Below, piece after piece: positions 48,296 through 57,585 of a stretch of 64,000 nt of DNA. Made by a program: the position numbers and the translations under genes. Position 1 is the first letter of the stretch. Each line of letters starts with the position of its first letter. This DNA is from Betaproteobacteria bacterium (lineage in GTDB: Bacteria; Pseudomonadota; Gammaproteobacteria; Burkholderiales; Ga0077523): positions 1,987 through 65,986 of the forward strand of contig JBAXBV010000012.1 of assembly GCA_037141795.1 (NCBI GenBank). The letters run 5' to 3'. Under the pieces are notes generated by a model. That model was not told the origin of the DNA and searched no databases. It was given only the letters and a program-made list of their open reading frames with translations.

Positions 48296-48561
48296 AGGGC
48301 GCCGGAGGGCGTGACCGGCCCGCGGTCTCCTAGGAAAACGGGCCGTCCCGCCACGATGCGGGCCCGAAGGACGCGTGCCCGAAAAAGGTGCGACCGCGTC
48401 TCTCGCGTGCACTCATTCCGGGCGCCATCCCGCGGGCGTGGGGGCCGGACTGGGCACGGCGCGGTGGGTGTCTCCGTGCTCCGGTTCCCGAACGTCCGCA
48501 TCCGATGCCTGCAAGGCGTCTCCCGTCGGGTCCGCGGCAGGCGATGCGTTCCCGCCAGGGG

Positions 48562-48577
48562 TGGCACACCGGTTGCA
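48562..48577 (+). promoter_or_regulatory. Sigma54 (-24/-12) promoter for the guanidine carboxylase operon
   Basis: TGGCACaccggTTGCA, a perfect match to TGGCAC-N5-TTGCW. It lies about 45 nt upstream of riboswitch A. Confidence 0.65.
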
Positions 48578-48622
48578 ACATCCGGAGCAAGAGAGGAGCG
48601 CACGACTGTGGCTCTTGTCGTT

Positions 48623-48722
48623 GTCGGCTAGGGTTCCGGGCGCGTCGAGCGCTGGCTGGTCCGAGAGCCGACGGTCCCGCCGTTCACCGCGGGGCTCCAC
48701 GGAGGGATAAAAGCCCGGGAGG
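48623..48722 (+). promoter_or_regulatory. Guanidine-I (ykkC subtype 1) riboswitch, copy A
   Basis: GTCGGCTAGGGTTCCGG...CTGGTCCGAGAGCCGAC...CCACGGAGGGATAAAAGCCCGGGAGG. P1 is GUCGGC/GCCGAC. All conserved blocks are present. Confidence 0.85.
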
Positions 48723-48754
48723 CCGAGTCGTTCGTCTGGTCCTCTCCCCTTTTT
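48717..48754 (+). terminator. Riboswitch A expression platform: candidate intrinsic terminator
   Basis: GGGAGG (3' end of the aptamer) can pair with TCTCCC (48743..48748), and is followed by C-TTTTT (48750..48754). Confidence 0.5.
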
Positions 48755-48868
48755 CCGTTTCCACAGTGGAGTCCGCGATGTCCGCACGCCGCAGCCCCCG
48801 TCGTCCTTCCCCCGCCCCGCGGGCTTTCCTTGCCGCCTCCGGCGCGGCCTGAAGGGAGGACCGACGCC

Positions 48869-49684
48869 ATGTCGAACCCTGCCTCCTCCGCCCGCCCGGG
48901 CCTGTGGTCCATCCGCGGACCCATGAGCCAGCGGCGCTACTGGGTGCTGGCCGCCGTGGGCCTCATCCTGCCGATGGTCGCCTGGTGGCTGGTGGCCAAC
49001 TCGGGGTGGGTCGAGAAGGTCTTCATGCCTGCCCCGGATGCGGTCTGGTCCCGGACCGTCCTGTGGTTCGACGAGGACCATCTCATGGCGGACATGGCGA
49101 TCAGCATCTACCGGGTCACGGCCGGATGGGCGCTCTCCGCGGTGATCGCGCTGCCCCTGGGGCTGCTCATCGGAACCTTCCGGCCGGTCCAGGCGCTGCT
49201 CGAGCCGCTCACGGATTTCGTCCGCTACATGCCGGCGGTGGCGTTCATCCCGCTGGTCATGCTCTGGGTGGGGATCGACGAGGGGTCGAAGATCACCATC
49301 ATCTTCATCGGCACCTTCTTCCAGATGGTGCTGATGGTGGCCGAGGACGTGCGTCGCGTGCCCACGCCGCAGATCGAGGCCGCGCAGACCATGGGAGCCA
49401 CCCGGTCCGAGATCATCCAGCTCGTGCTGCTGCCGTCCGCCAAGCCGGCTCTGGTCGACACGATGCGGGTGACGATGGGCTGGGCGTGGACCTACCTGGT
49501 GGTGGCGGAACTCGTGGCCGCGAACTCCGGGCTTGGCTACGCCATCCTCAAGGCGCAGCGCTTCCTCCAGACCGACAAGATCTTTGCGGGCATCATCCTG
49601 ATCGGCCTGATCGGCCTGGTGACCGATCAGCTCTTCCGCTTCTGCCACCGTAAGGCGTTTCCATGGATGCATCTCAAGTCGTGA
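48869..49684 (+). CDS. NitT/TauT-family ABC transporter permease
   Basis: Track ORF 48830..49684, with start moved to MSNPASS after a GAAGGGAGGA SD. Six TM segments. EAA-type loop IEAAQTMGATRSEIIQLVLLPSAKPAL. Confidence 0.85.
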   Translation: MSNPASSARPGLWSIRGPMSQRRYWVLAAVGLILPMVAWWLVANSGWVEKVFMPAPDAVWSRTVLWFDEDHLMADMAISIYRVTAGWALSAVIALPLGLLIGTFRPVQALLEPLTDFVRYMPAVAFIPLVMLWVGIDEGSKITIIFIGTFFQMVLMVAEDVRRVPTPQIEAAQTMGATRSEIIQLVLLPSAKPALVDTMRVTMGWAWTYLVVAELVAANSGLGYAILKAQRFLQTDKIFAGIILIGLIGLVTDQLFRFCHRKAFPWMHLKS

Positions 49685-50529
49685 GCCCCGATCCGAAGAT
49701 CCGCATCCGCGGCCTCGGCAAGACCTTCGAGGGCGCCCAGAAGGTCGTGGCCCTGGACAACATCGACCTCGATGTCCGGGAGAACGAATTCGTGACCCTC
49801 GTGGGCGCCTCGGGCTGCGGCAAGTCCACGCTGCTGCGGATCATCGGCGGGCTCGAGTATCACACCGCCGGCAGCGTGGTGGCGGGCGGCCGGACCGTCT
49901 CGGGGGCGGGCGCGGATCGCGCGATGGTGTTCCAGCACTACAGCCTGTATCCGTGGCTCGACGTGATGGACAACATCCGCTTCTCCCGCCGGCTGCGCGT
50001 CAATCGCGAGAACCTCACCTCGGCCGACGTCGAGCGCGCGAGCGGCCGGGCGGAGGCGCTGCTGAACCTCATGGGCCTGTCGTCCATGGCGCGCGCGTTC
50101 CCGAGCCAGCTGTCCGGGGGGATGCAGCAGCGCGTGGCCATTGCCCGGGCCCTCATGCCGCGGCCGGAGATCCTCCTCATGGACGAGCCCTTCGGGGCCC
50201 TCGACGCGCAGACGCGGGAGGTCATGCACGACCTCATCCTGCACGTGTTCAAGCTCGAGCGGGCCACGATCGTGTTCGTGACCCACGATGTGGAAGAGGC
50301 CATCTACCTCGGGCAGCGGGTGGTGCTGCTGGCGCCGCGGCCGGGCCGCATCGACACGATCTACGAGCCGCCCCTGAAGGGTCCTCGGCACCAGGACATG
50401 AAGCACTCGCGCGAGTTTCTCGACATGAAGAAGGAGATCCTCGAGCGGATCCGCGAGACCTCGGGCATGAAGACCGACTCGGGCCTGCTCGCCCAGATGT
50501 CCCGCTCCGCCGGCCACGACGGCGCCTGA
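49663..50529 (+). CDS. ABC transporter ATP-binding protein
   Basis: Walker A GASGCGKST, signature LSGGMQQRVAIARAL, Walker B ILLMDEP. Overlaps the permease 3' end. Confidence 0.9.
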   Translation: MDASQVVSPDPKIRIRGLGKTFEGAQKVVALDNIDLDVRENEFVTLVGASGCGKSTLLRIIGGLEYHTAGSVVAGGRTVSGAGADRAMVFQHYSLYPWLDVMDNIRFSRRLRVNRENLTSADVERASGRAEALLNLMGLSSMARAFPSQLSGGMQQRVAIARALMPRPEILLMDEPFGALDAQTREVMHDLILHVFKLERATIVFVTHDVEEAIYLGQRVVLLAPRPGRIDTIYEPPLKGPRHQDMKHSREFLDMKKEILERIRETSGMKTDSGLLAQMSRSAGHDGA

Positions 50530-50560
50530 ACGCAACCCGGAACACCCAGGAGAACCCGTG

Positions 50561-51298
50561 ATGACCGACGACAACGACAGCCCTCCGGGTGCCGTGCTCT
50601 GGGAGGAAACCATTCCCGGCGGCGCTCACTGGTCGGGCGTGGTCCGGCGCGGTGTGGCGCTTCGCCTGACCGACCTGCGCGGTCGCGCGAACGCGGCCAT
50701 GCTGATCTTCAACCACGAGGAGCGGTTCGAGCGCTACAACATGCCCGATACCCTCAAGTCCCAGCACACCGCGTTCCTCACCCGCGGCAACGTGCTGCAC
50801 TCGGACATGGGCCGCGCCATGGCGTCGGTGATCGCGGACACCTGCGGCTGGCACGACACGATCTGCGGGGTGATGGATGACGCGACGCTCGCGGGACGCT
50901 ACGGGGCGAGGCGCTACCAGGAACACCGCAACGGCATGACCCGCAGCGGCCGGGAGGGCTTCCTCAAGGAACTGGCGCGTTCGGGTCTGGGCGGGCGGGA
51001 CCTGCACGCCAACGTCAACTGGTTCAGCAAGCTCGTGGCGGATGCCGACGGCGCGCTGCATTTCGACACCGGGCACCGGGCTCCCGGGCAGTACGTGGAC
51101 CTGCGCTTCGACATGGATGCGCTGGTGGTGATCTCCACCTGCCCGCACCCCCTCGATCCCGCGACGGTCTGGGACCCCGCGCCAGTGGGCATGGCGGCCT
51201 GGCGCTGCGGGCTCCCCGGCGCGGACGATTCATGCCGCCTGCACCGGCCGGAGAACGGCCGGGCCCTCACGAACACCGAGCGGTACTTCGCGCACTGA
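50561..51298 (+). CDS. DUF1989 'urea carboxylase-associated protein' (carboxyguanidine deiminase CgdA/B-type subunit)
   Basis: Starts [31 protein letters not shown]...DTLKSQHTA...[15 protein letters not shown]. Located directly upstream of the carboxylase. Confidence 0.85.
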   Translation: MTDDNDSPPGAVLWEETIPGGAHWSGVVRRGVALRLTDLRGRANAAMLIFNHEERFERYNMPDTLKSQHTAFLTRGNVLHSDMGRAMASVIADTCGWHDTICGVMDDATLAGRYGARRYQEHRNGMTRSGREGFLKELARSGLGGRDLHANVNWFSKLVADADGALHFDTGHRAPGQYVDLRFDMDALVVISTCPHPLDPATVWDPAPVGMAAWRCGLPGADDSCRLHRPENGRALTNTERYFAH

Positions 51299-51353
51299 AC
51301 GCAGGCGGTGGCCGGGCGCTGCCCGGCCACGCTTCGAGCCAAGGGAGGACATC

Positions 51354-51995
51354 ATGCTGATCGAGAGCACTCGCGACCCCGCCGGGGCGGTCGTGGACGA
51401 GATCTGTGCGGCGGGCGAGCCGTGGATGCGCGTGATCCGGAAGGGTCAGGTGTTCCGCATCCTCGACCTGGAGGGAAACCAGGCGGTGGACACGCTGTTC
51501 TACAGCGCCGCGGACCGGGAGGACCGCTACAGCGCCGTGGACACCATCCAGCGCAACGGCAACCTCTACCTCACGGCCGGGACCCGGCTCTATTCCACAT
51601 CGGGAGCGGTGATGCTCACGATCGTGGCCGACACCTGCGGCCGTCACGACACCCTGGGCGGGGCGTGTTCGCAGGAGAGCAACACGGTGCGCTACGCACT
51701 CGACAAGCGCTTCATGCACGCCTGTCGGGACAATTTCATGTCCGCCATCTGTCACCACCCCGAGCACGGGCTGGAGAAGCGGGACATCACCCACAACATC
51801 AACTTCTTCATGAACGTGCCGGTGACGCCGACGGGCGGGCTCACCTTCGAGGATGGGATCTCGGCACCCGGCAAGTACGTGGAGATGCGCGCGGAGATGG
51901 ACGTCGTGTGCCTCATCTCCAACTGCCCCCAGCTCAACAATCCCTGCAACGCCTACAACCCGACCCCGATCCGGCTGCTCGTCTGGAACGGCTGA
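51354..51995 (+). CDS. DUF1989 'urea carboxylase-associated protein' (second CgdA/B-type subunit)
   Basis: 213 aa. [23 protein letters not shown]...[18 protein letters not shown]. Paralogous fold to the preceding gene. Confidence 0.85.
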   Translation: MLIESTRDPAGAVVDEICAAGEPWMRVIRKGQVFRILDLEGNQAVDTLFYSAADREDRYSAVDTIQRNGNLYLTAGTRLYSTSGAVMLTIVADTCGRHDTLGGACSQESNTVRYALDKRFMHACRDNFMSAICHHPEHGLEKRDITHNINFFMNVPVTPTGGLTFEDGISAPGKYVEMRAEMDVVCLISNCPQLNNPCNAYNPTPIRLLVWNG

Positions 51996-52028
51996 GCCCA
52001 CCGCCCGGCCGTCCCCCGCCCCTCCGCC

Positions 52029-55000
52029 ATGTTCACGAAAGTCCTCATCGCCAACCGCGGCGCGATCGCGTGCCGCATCATCCGCACCCTGCGGTCCATG
52101 GGAATCGCCTCCGTGGCGGTCTACTCCGAGGCCGACCGTGCCTCACGCCACGTGTCCGAGGCGGACGAGGCCGTCTGCCTGGGGCCGGCGCCGGCCGCGC
52201 AGAGCTATCTCCGGGTGGACCGCATTCTCGAGGCCGCCCGGTCGACGGGCGCCCAGGCCATCCACCCCGGTTACGGATTCCTGTCCGAGAACGCCGACTT
52301 CGCCCAGGCCTGCGCCGACGCGGGGCTGGTGTTCATCGGCCCGGCTCCGGCCCACATGCGGGCCTTCGGACTGAAGCACGAGGCGCGCGCCCTGGCGCAG
52401 GCCAGCGGGGTGCCGCTGCTGCCCGGTTCGGGGCTGCTGGCGGATCCGGGCAACGCCCGCGCCGAGGCACGCCGCATCGGCTATCCGGTCATGCTCAAGA
52501 GCACGGGCGGTGGCGGCGGCATCGGCATGCGGCTGGTATGGAGCGAGGACGAACTCGGCGAGGCCTTCGAGTCGGTGGCGCGGCTCGCCCGCGCGAACTT
52601 CAAGGACGCCGGCATGTTCCTCGAGAAGTTCGTGGCGCAGGCCCGGCACATCGAGGTGCAGATCTTCGGCGATGGTCGTGGTCACGTGGTGGCCCTGGGC
52701 GAGCGCGACTGCTCCGTGCAGCGGCGCAACCAGAAGGTGATCGAGGAAACGCCCGCCCCGGGCCTCGCGGCGGATACGCGGGAGCGCCTGCTGGCCACGG
52801 CAGTGGCGCTGGGATCCGCGGTGGGGTACGCGTCGGCGGGAACGGTCGAGTTCGTGCTCGATGCCGAGACCGGCGAGTTCCACTTCCTCGAGGTCAACAC
52901 GCGGCTGCAGGTGGAGCACGGGGTCACCGAGGAGGTGACCGGCATCGATCTGGTGGAGTGGATGGTGCGTCAGGCCGCGGGGGAGCTCGACCTGTCGGAC
53001 TTTCGCGCCGCGCCGGCGGGGGCGTCGATCCAGGTGCGCCTGTACGCCGAGGATCCCGCGAAGAACTTCCAGCCCTCGAGCGGGGTGCTCACCGCGGCGG
53101 AGTTTCCGCCCGGGGTACGGGTGGAGACCTGGGTCCAGCGGGGCACCGAGGTGCCGCCGAACTACGACCCGATGATCGCCAAGGTTCTGGTGCGCGCCCC
53201 CGACCGCGCGGCCGCCATCGCCGCGATGGGCGCAGCGCTGGACGGCACGGCCGTGGCCGGCATCGAGACCAACCTGGAGTACCTGCGCCAGGTGATCGCG
53301 TCGCCCACCTTCCGCGAGGGTCGCCAGACCACCCGCTTTCTCGGGAGCTTCCACTACCGGCCTGCCACCATCGACGTGCTCGAGCCGGGCGTGCAGACCA
53401 CGGTGCAGGACTGGCCCGGGCGGGTGGGGTACTGGGCAGTGGGGGTGCCGCCCTCGGGACCCATGGACAGTCTCGCCCTGAGGCTGGCCAACCGGCTGCT
53501 GGGCAATGCCGAGGGCGCAGCCGCCCTCGAATGCACGGCGAGCGGGCCCACGCTGCGCTTCCAGCAGGACACGGTGATCGCGCTCTGCGGCGCGGCCATG
53601 TCCGCCGAACTCGACGGCGAGCCGGTGCCGCTCTGGCGCACCCGCGCGGTGGCGGCCGGCAGCGTGCTGCGGCTGGGCCGGATCGAGGGGGCGGGGCTGC
53701 GGACCTACCTCGCGGTGGCGGGCGGGTTCGCGGTGCCCGACTATCTCGGCTCGAAGTCCACCTTCACCCTGGGCCAGTTCGGCGGCCACGCCGGGCGCAC
53801 GCTGCGGGCGGGTGACGTGCTGCCGCTCGTGAAGGGGCAGGCGCTTCCGGCGCGGAATGTCCTGCGCCCGGACCTGGTGCCCGTTTATTCGCACCGCTGG
53901 GAGATCGGTGTCCTCTACGGCCCCCACGGCGCACCGGATTTCTTCACGCCAGCGGACATCGACATGTTCTTCGGCACGGACTGGGAGGTGCACTACAACT
54001 CCAGCCGTACCGGGGTGCGCCTCATCGGGCCGCGCCCGCAGTGGGCGCGCAGCGACGGCGGCGAGGCGGGACTGCATCCGTCCAACATCCACGACAACGC
54101 CTACGCAATCGGGGCCATCGATTTCACCGGCGACATGCCGGTGATCCTCGGTCCGGATGGTCCCAGCCTGGGGGGCTTCGTCTGCCCTGCCGTCATCGCC
54201 GATACGGAGCTCTGGAAGGTCGGGCAGCTGCGGCCCGGGGACTCGGTGCGGTTCGTCCGGGTCGGGCAGGCCTGGGCGGCGCGCCAGGAGGCCGTGGCGG
54301 AGAGGACCCTGGCGCGGTTGCGCCGGCCCGCGAGCGAGCCGCGCCCGGCGGCGGAGCGCCTGCCTTCGCCCGTGCTGCACCGGGTCGAAGCGTCCGGGTC
54401 CCGACCGGCGGTGGTGTACCGGCAGTCCGGCGACAAGTGGCTGCTGGTCGAATACGGCGACCTGACCCTGGACATCGCGCTGCGCTTCCGGGTCCACTCC
54501 CTGATGACGTGGCTCGAGGCCCGCCAGGTACCGGAGATCGTGGATCTCACGCCGGGCATCCGGTCCCTGCAGGTGCACTTCGACAACCGGCGCCTGCCGC
54601 TCGAGCGCCTGCTGCGGCTGCTGGAGGCGGCGGAGCAGGAACTTCCGGACGTGGATGATCTGGTGGTGCCCGCCCGCACGGTCCACCTGCCCTTGTCCTG
54701 GGACGACCCGGCGACCCGGCTCGCCATCGAGAAATACACTCAGTCCGTGCGGCGGGACGCTCCCTGGTGCCCGAGCAACATCGAGTTCATCCGTCGCATC
54801 AACGGCCTCGACAGCATCGACGAAGTACGGCGCATCGTCTTCGACGCCTCGTACCTGGTGCTCGGCCTGGGCGATGTCTACCTCGGGGCGCCGGTCGCGA
54901 CGCCCGTCGACCCGCGGCATCGGCTGGTGACCACCAAGTACAACCCGGCGCGCACCTGGACGCCGGAGAATGCCGTGGGCATCGGCGGGGCCTACCTGTG

Positions 55001-55628
55001 CGTCTACGGCATGGAAGGGCCGGGCGGCTACCAGTTCGTCGGGCGCACGGTGCAGATGTGGAACCGCCACCGCCAGACAGCCGATTTCCGCGACGGCAGG
55101 CCCTGGCTGCTGCGGTTCTTCGACCGCATCCGCTTCTTTCCCGTGACGGAGCAGGAGCTCCTGGAGATGCGGGAGGCCTTTCCCCTGGGCCGCTACCGCC
55201 TCCGGGTGGAGGAAGGGGAATTCCGACTCGGCGACTACCAGCGTTTCCTGAGCGACAATGCGTCTGCCATCGGCGCCTTCAAGGCCCGTCAGCAGGCGGC
55301 CTTCGAGGCCGAGCGGGAGCGCTGGCGGGTGTCTGGCCAGGCGGACCTTGCCACCGACGTGCAGGTGGCCCAGGCCGCGCCCGATGCCGAACTCGACCTG
55401 CCGCCGGGATGCCGGGCGGTGGCGACGCACGTGGCCGGCAATGTCTGGCGCGTGCCCGTGAAGGAGGGCGATCGCGTCCACGCCGGCGACCCGCTGGTGA
55501 TCGTCGAATCCATGAAGATGGAGATCGGCCTGACCGCCCCGGTGGCGGGCACCGTGGCACGGCTCTTCTGCCAGGAGGGCAGTCAGGTCGCGGCCGGGCA
55601 GGATCTGCTCGTGCTGCGCGAGGAATGA
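52029..55628 (+). CDS. uca: Urea carboxylase-family biotin enzyme; by riboswitch context probably guanidine carboxylase
   Basis: 1199 aa. Biotin carboxylase N-terminus MFTKVLIANRGAIACRIIRT, central KipA/KipI (allophanate hydrolase subunit-like) domains, C-terminal biotinyl site VIVESMKMEI. Confidence 0.9.
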   Translation: MFTKVLIANRGAIACRIIRTLRSMGIASVAVYSEADRASRHVSEADEAVCLGPAPAAQSYLRVDRILEAARSTGAQAIHPGYGFLSENADFAQACADAGLVFIGPAPAHMRAFGLKHEARALAQASGVPLLPGSGLLADPGNARAEARRIGYPVMLKSTGGGGGIGMRLVWSEDELGEAFESVARLARANFKDAGMFLEKFVAQARHIEVQIFGDGRGHVVALGERDCSVQRRNQKVIEETPAPGLAADTRERLLATAVALGSAVGYASAGTVEFVLDAETGEFHFLEVNTRLQVEHGVTEEVTGIDLVEWMVRQAAGELDLSDFRAAPAGASIQVRLYAEDPAKNFQPSSGVLTAAEFPPGVRVETWVQRGTEVPPNYDPMIAKVLVRAPDRAAAIAAMGAALDGTAVAGIETNLEYLRQVIASPTFREGRQTTRFLGSFHYRPATIDVLEPGVQTTVQDWPGRVGYWAVGVPPSGPMDSLALRLANRLLGNAEGAAALECTASGPTLRFQQDTVIALCGAAMSAELDGEPVPLWRTRAVAAGSVLRLGRIEGAGLRTYLAVAGGFAVPDYLGSKSTFTLGQFGGHAGRTLRAGDVLPLVKGQALPARNVLRPDLVPVYSHRWEIGVLYGPHGAPDFFTPADIDMFFGTDWEVHYNSSRTGVRLIGPRPQWARSDGGEAGLHPSNIHDNAYAIGAIDFTGDMPVILGPDGPSLGGFVCPAVIADTELWKVGQLRPGDSVRFVRVGQAWAARQEAVAERTLARLRRPASEPRPAAERLPSPVLHRVEASGSRPAVVYRQSGDKWLLVEYGDLTLDIALRFRVHSLMTWLEARQVPEIVDLTPGIRSLQVHFDNRRLPLERLLRLLEAAEQELPDVDDLVVPARTVHLPLSWDDPATRLAIEKYTQSVRRDAPWCPSNIEFIRRINGLDSIDEVRRIVFDASYLVLGLGDVYLGAPVATPVDPRHRLVTTKYNPARTWTPENAVGIGGAYLCVYGMEGPGGYQFVGRTVQMWNRHRQTADFRDGRPWLLRFFDRIRFFPVTEQELLEMREAFPLGRYRLRVEEGEFRLGDYQRFLSDNASAIGAFKARQQAAFEAERERWRVSGQADLATDVQVAQAAPDAELDLPPGCRAVATHVAGNVWRVPVKEGDRVHAGDPLVIVESMKMEIGLTAPVAGTVARLFCQEGSQVAAGQDLLVLREE

Positions 55629-55683
55629 ACATGACGGGGGTGCGCTGCGCGGCCCCGGCCCACAGGATGATCGGAACGCACCC

Positions 55684-57486
55684 ATGACCGACGCGCTTGA
55701 CCTCACCCTTTCCACCTTGTCCGCCCGGTACCGCGCAGGCGAACTCACGCCGGTCGCCCTGGTGGAATCCCTGGCGGCGCGGCTGGAGACGCCCGACGCC
55801 CACTGCGCGTGGATCCACCGCCTGCCCCGGGCCCGTCTGCTGGCCTTCGCCCAGGCGCTCGAGGGGCGCGATCCAGCATCCCTGCCGCTCTACGGGATTC
55901 CCTTTGCGGTCAAGGACAACATCGACCTCGAGGGCGTGCCGACCACCGCGGCGTGCCCTGGTTACGAGTACGTGCCCCAGGCGAGCGCGACCGTCGTCCA
56001 GCGACTCGTCGACGCGGGGGCGATTCCCCTGGGCAAGACCAACCTGGACCAGTTCGCCACGGGTCTCGTGGGCACCCGCTCTCCCTACGGCGCCTGCCGC
56101 AACAGTTTCGATCCGGACTACGTCTCCGGCGGGTCGAGTGCGGGGTCGGCGGTGGTGGTGGCGCTCGGGCTGGCCAGCTTCAGCCTGGGTACGGACACCG
56201 CCGGCTCGGGCCGGGTGCCTGCCGCCTTCAACAACCTGGTCGGACACAAGCCCACGCGCGGCCTGCTTCCGGCGGGCGGGGTGGTGCCGGCCTGCCGGTC
56301 GCTCGACACGGTGTCGGTGTTCGCCCTGACGGCGGAGGATGCGGCCCGGGTCATGGCGGTGGCCACGGCCTTCGATCCGGCCGACGGGTTTTCCCGCCCT
56401 GCCGAGCCCTGCGGGCCCCGCTTCGGGCCGGGATTCCGCTTCGGTGTCCCCCGGGAGGCCGAACTCGAATATTTCGGCAACGGGGACTACGCGCGGCTGT
56501 TCCGCGAGACCGTCGCGAGCCTCGAGGCCCTGGGCGGCAAGGCCGTGGAAGTCGACATCCGGCCAATGCTCGAGGCGGCGCGCCTGCTGTACGACGGGCC
56601 CTGGGTGGCCGAACGCTACGCGGCGATCCGCCCCTTCTTCGACGCGCACGCCGCCGAACTGCACCCGGTGACGCGCCAGATCCTGGACAGGAGCCGGGCG
56701 TGGCTGGCGGCGGACGCCTACGACGCGCTCTATCGCCTCAATGCCCTGCGGCGGACGGCCGACCGGGCCTGGGCCCATGTGGACCTGATCGTGACGCCCA
56801 CGGCGGGATCCCACTACCGCATCGACGCGGTGGACGCGGACCCCATCCGGCTCAACGCCAACCTGGGGTACTACACGAACTTCATGAACCTGCTGGACTA
56901 CGCTGCCACCGCCGTTCCCGCCGGCTTCACGCCGGCCGGCCTGCCCTTCGGCGTGACCGTCTTCGCCCCGGCGCACCGTGATCTCCCGCTGCTGGAGCTG
57001 GCGGGCCGGTTGCAGCGGGCCCGGGTGGGCACGCTGGGCGCGACGGGCCTGCCCTTGCCCCCGGCCGAGTCGCTGGAAGCCGCCGTCGCCGCCGCCTCCG
57101 GGCTGGTGCGGGTGGCGGTGTGCGGGGCGCACATGTCCGGCCTGCCGCTGAATCCGCAGCTGACGTCCCGGGGCGGGCGCCAGGTCGCGACGGTACGCAG
57201 CGCGCCCTGTTACCGGTTCTACGCGCTGCCGGGCGGTCCTCCCCGGCGACCGGGGATGGTCCGGGTGGCCGGCGGTGGCGGGGCCGTGGAGATGGAGATC
57301 TGGACGTTGCCGGCCCGGGAGTTCGGCAGCTTCGTGGCGGGCATTCCGGCGCCGCTGGGCATCGGCACGGTGCTGCTGGAGGACGGCGGGTCCGTGCAGG
57401 GGTTCGTGTGCGAGGCCGCTGCCGCCGAGGGCGCCGAGGACATCACGACGCTCGGGGGCTGGCGCGCCTACCTGGCGCGGGCCTGA
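55684..57486 (+). CDS. atzF: Allophanate hydrolase (amidase signature family)
   Basis: 600 aa. GGSSAGSAVVVALG...GTDTAGSGRVPAAFN amidase signature plus the AtzF-type C-terminal domain. Confidence 0.9.
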   Translation: MTDALDLTLSTLSARYRAGELTPVALVESLAARLETPDAHCAWIHRLPRARLLAFAQALEGRDPASLPLYGIPFAVKDNIDLEGVPTTAACPGYEYVPQASATVVQRLVDAGAIPLGKTNLDQFATGLVGTRSPYGACRNSFDPDYVSGGSSAGSAVVVALGLASFSLGTDTAGSGRVPAAFNNLVGHKPTRGLLPAGGVVPACRSLDTVSVFALTAEDAARVMAVATAFDPADGFSRPAEPCGPRFGPGFRFGVPREAELEYFGNGDYARLFRETVASLEALGGKAVEVDIRPMLEAARLLYDGPWVAERYAAIRPFFDAHAAELHPVTRQILDRSRAWLAADAYDALYRLNALRRTADRAWAHVDLIVTPTAGSHYRIDAVDADPIRLNANLGYYTNFMNLLDYAATAVPAGFTPAGLPFGVTVFAPAHRDLPLLELAGRLQRARVGTLGATGLPLPPAESLEAAVAAASGLVRVAVCGAHMSGLPLNPQLTSRGGRQVATVRSAPCYRFYALPGGPPRRPGMVRVAGGGGAVEMEIWTLPAREFGSFVAGIPAPLGIGTVLLEDGGSVQGFVCEAAAAEGAEDITTLGGWRAYLARA

Positions 57487-57585
57487 CCCGGCGGGTCCAG
57501 CGCGAAAGCGGGCGGCCGCCCCTGACTTTCGTCGGGTCGACGGGGGCGGTTACGCGGTAGCATGCGCGCTCCGGAAGGGGGTGGC

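Noticed and set aside
48296-48561. Search for a third RNA element (guanidine-II mini-ykkC ACGR hairpins, guanidine-III) or strong NtrC palindromes between the two sigma54 promoters
   Set aside because: I found no paired ACGR-loop hairpins and no ykkC-III-like sequence. Only one weak TGCCCG-N5-GGTGCG half-match is present, which is not enough to annotate.
48233-48631. Several 70-150-aa ORFs on both strands in the riboswitch spacer (e.g. 48233..48631 +, 48217..48603 -, 48388..48852 +)
   Set aside because: Arg/Pro/Gly-rich with no SD. They overlap the two riboswitch aptamers and sigma54 promoters, which explain the region better.
52143-55748. 1201-aa - strand ORF
   Set aside because: Antisense to the urea/guanidine carboxylase, which has unambiguous biotin carboxylase and biotinyl motifs.
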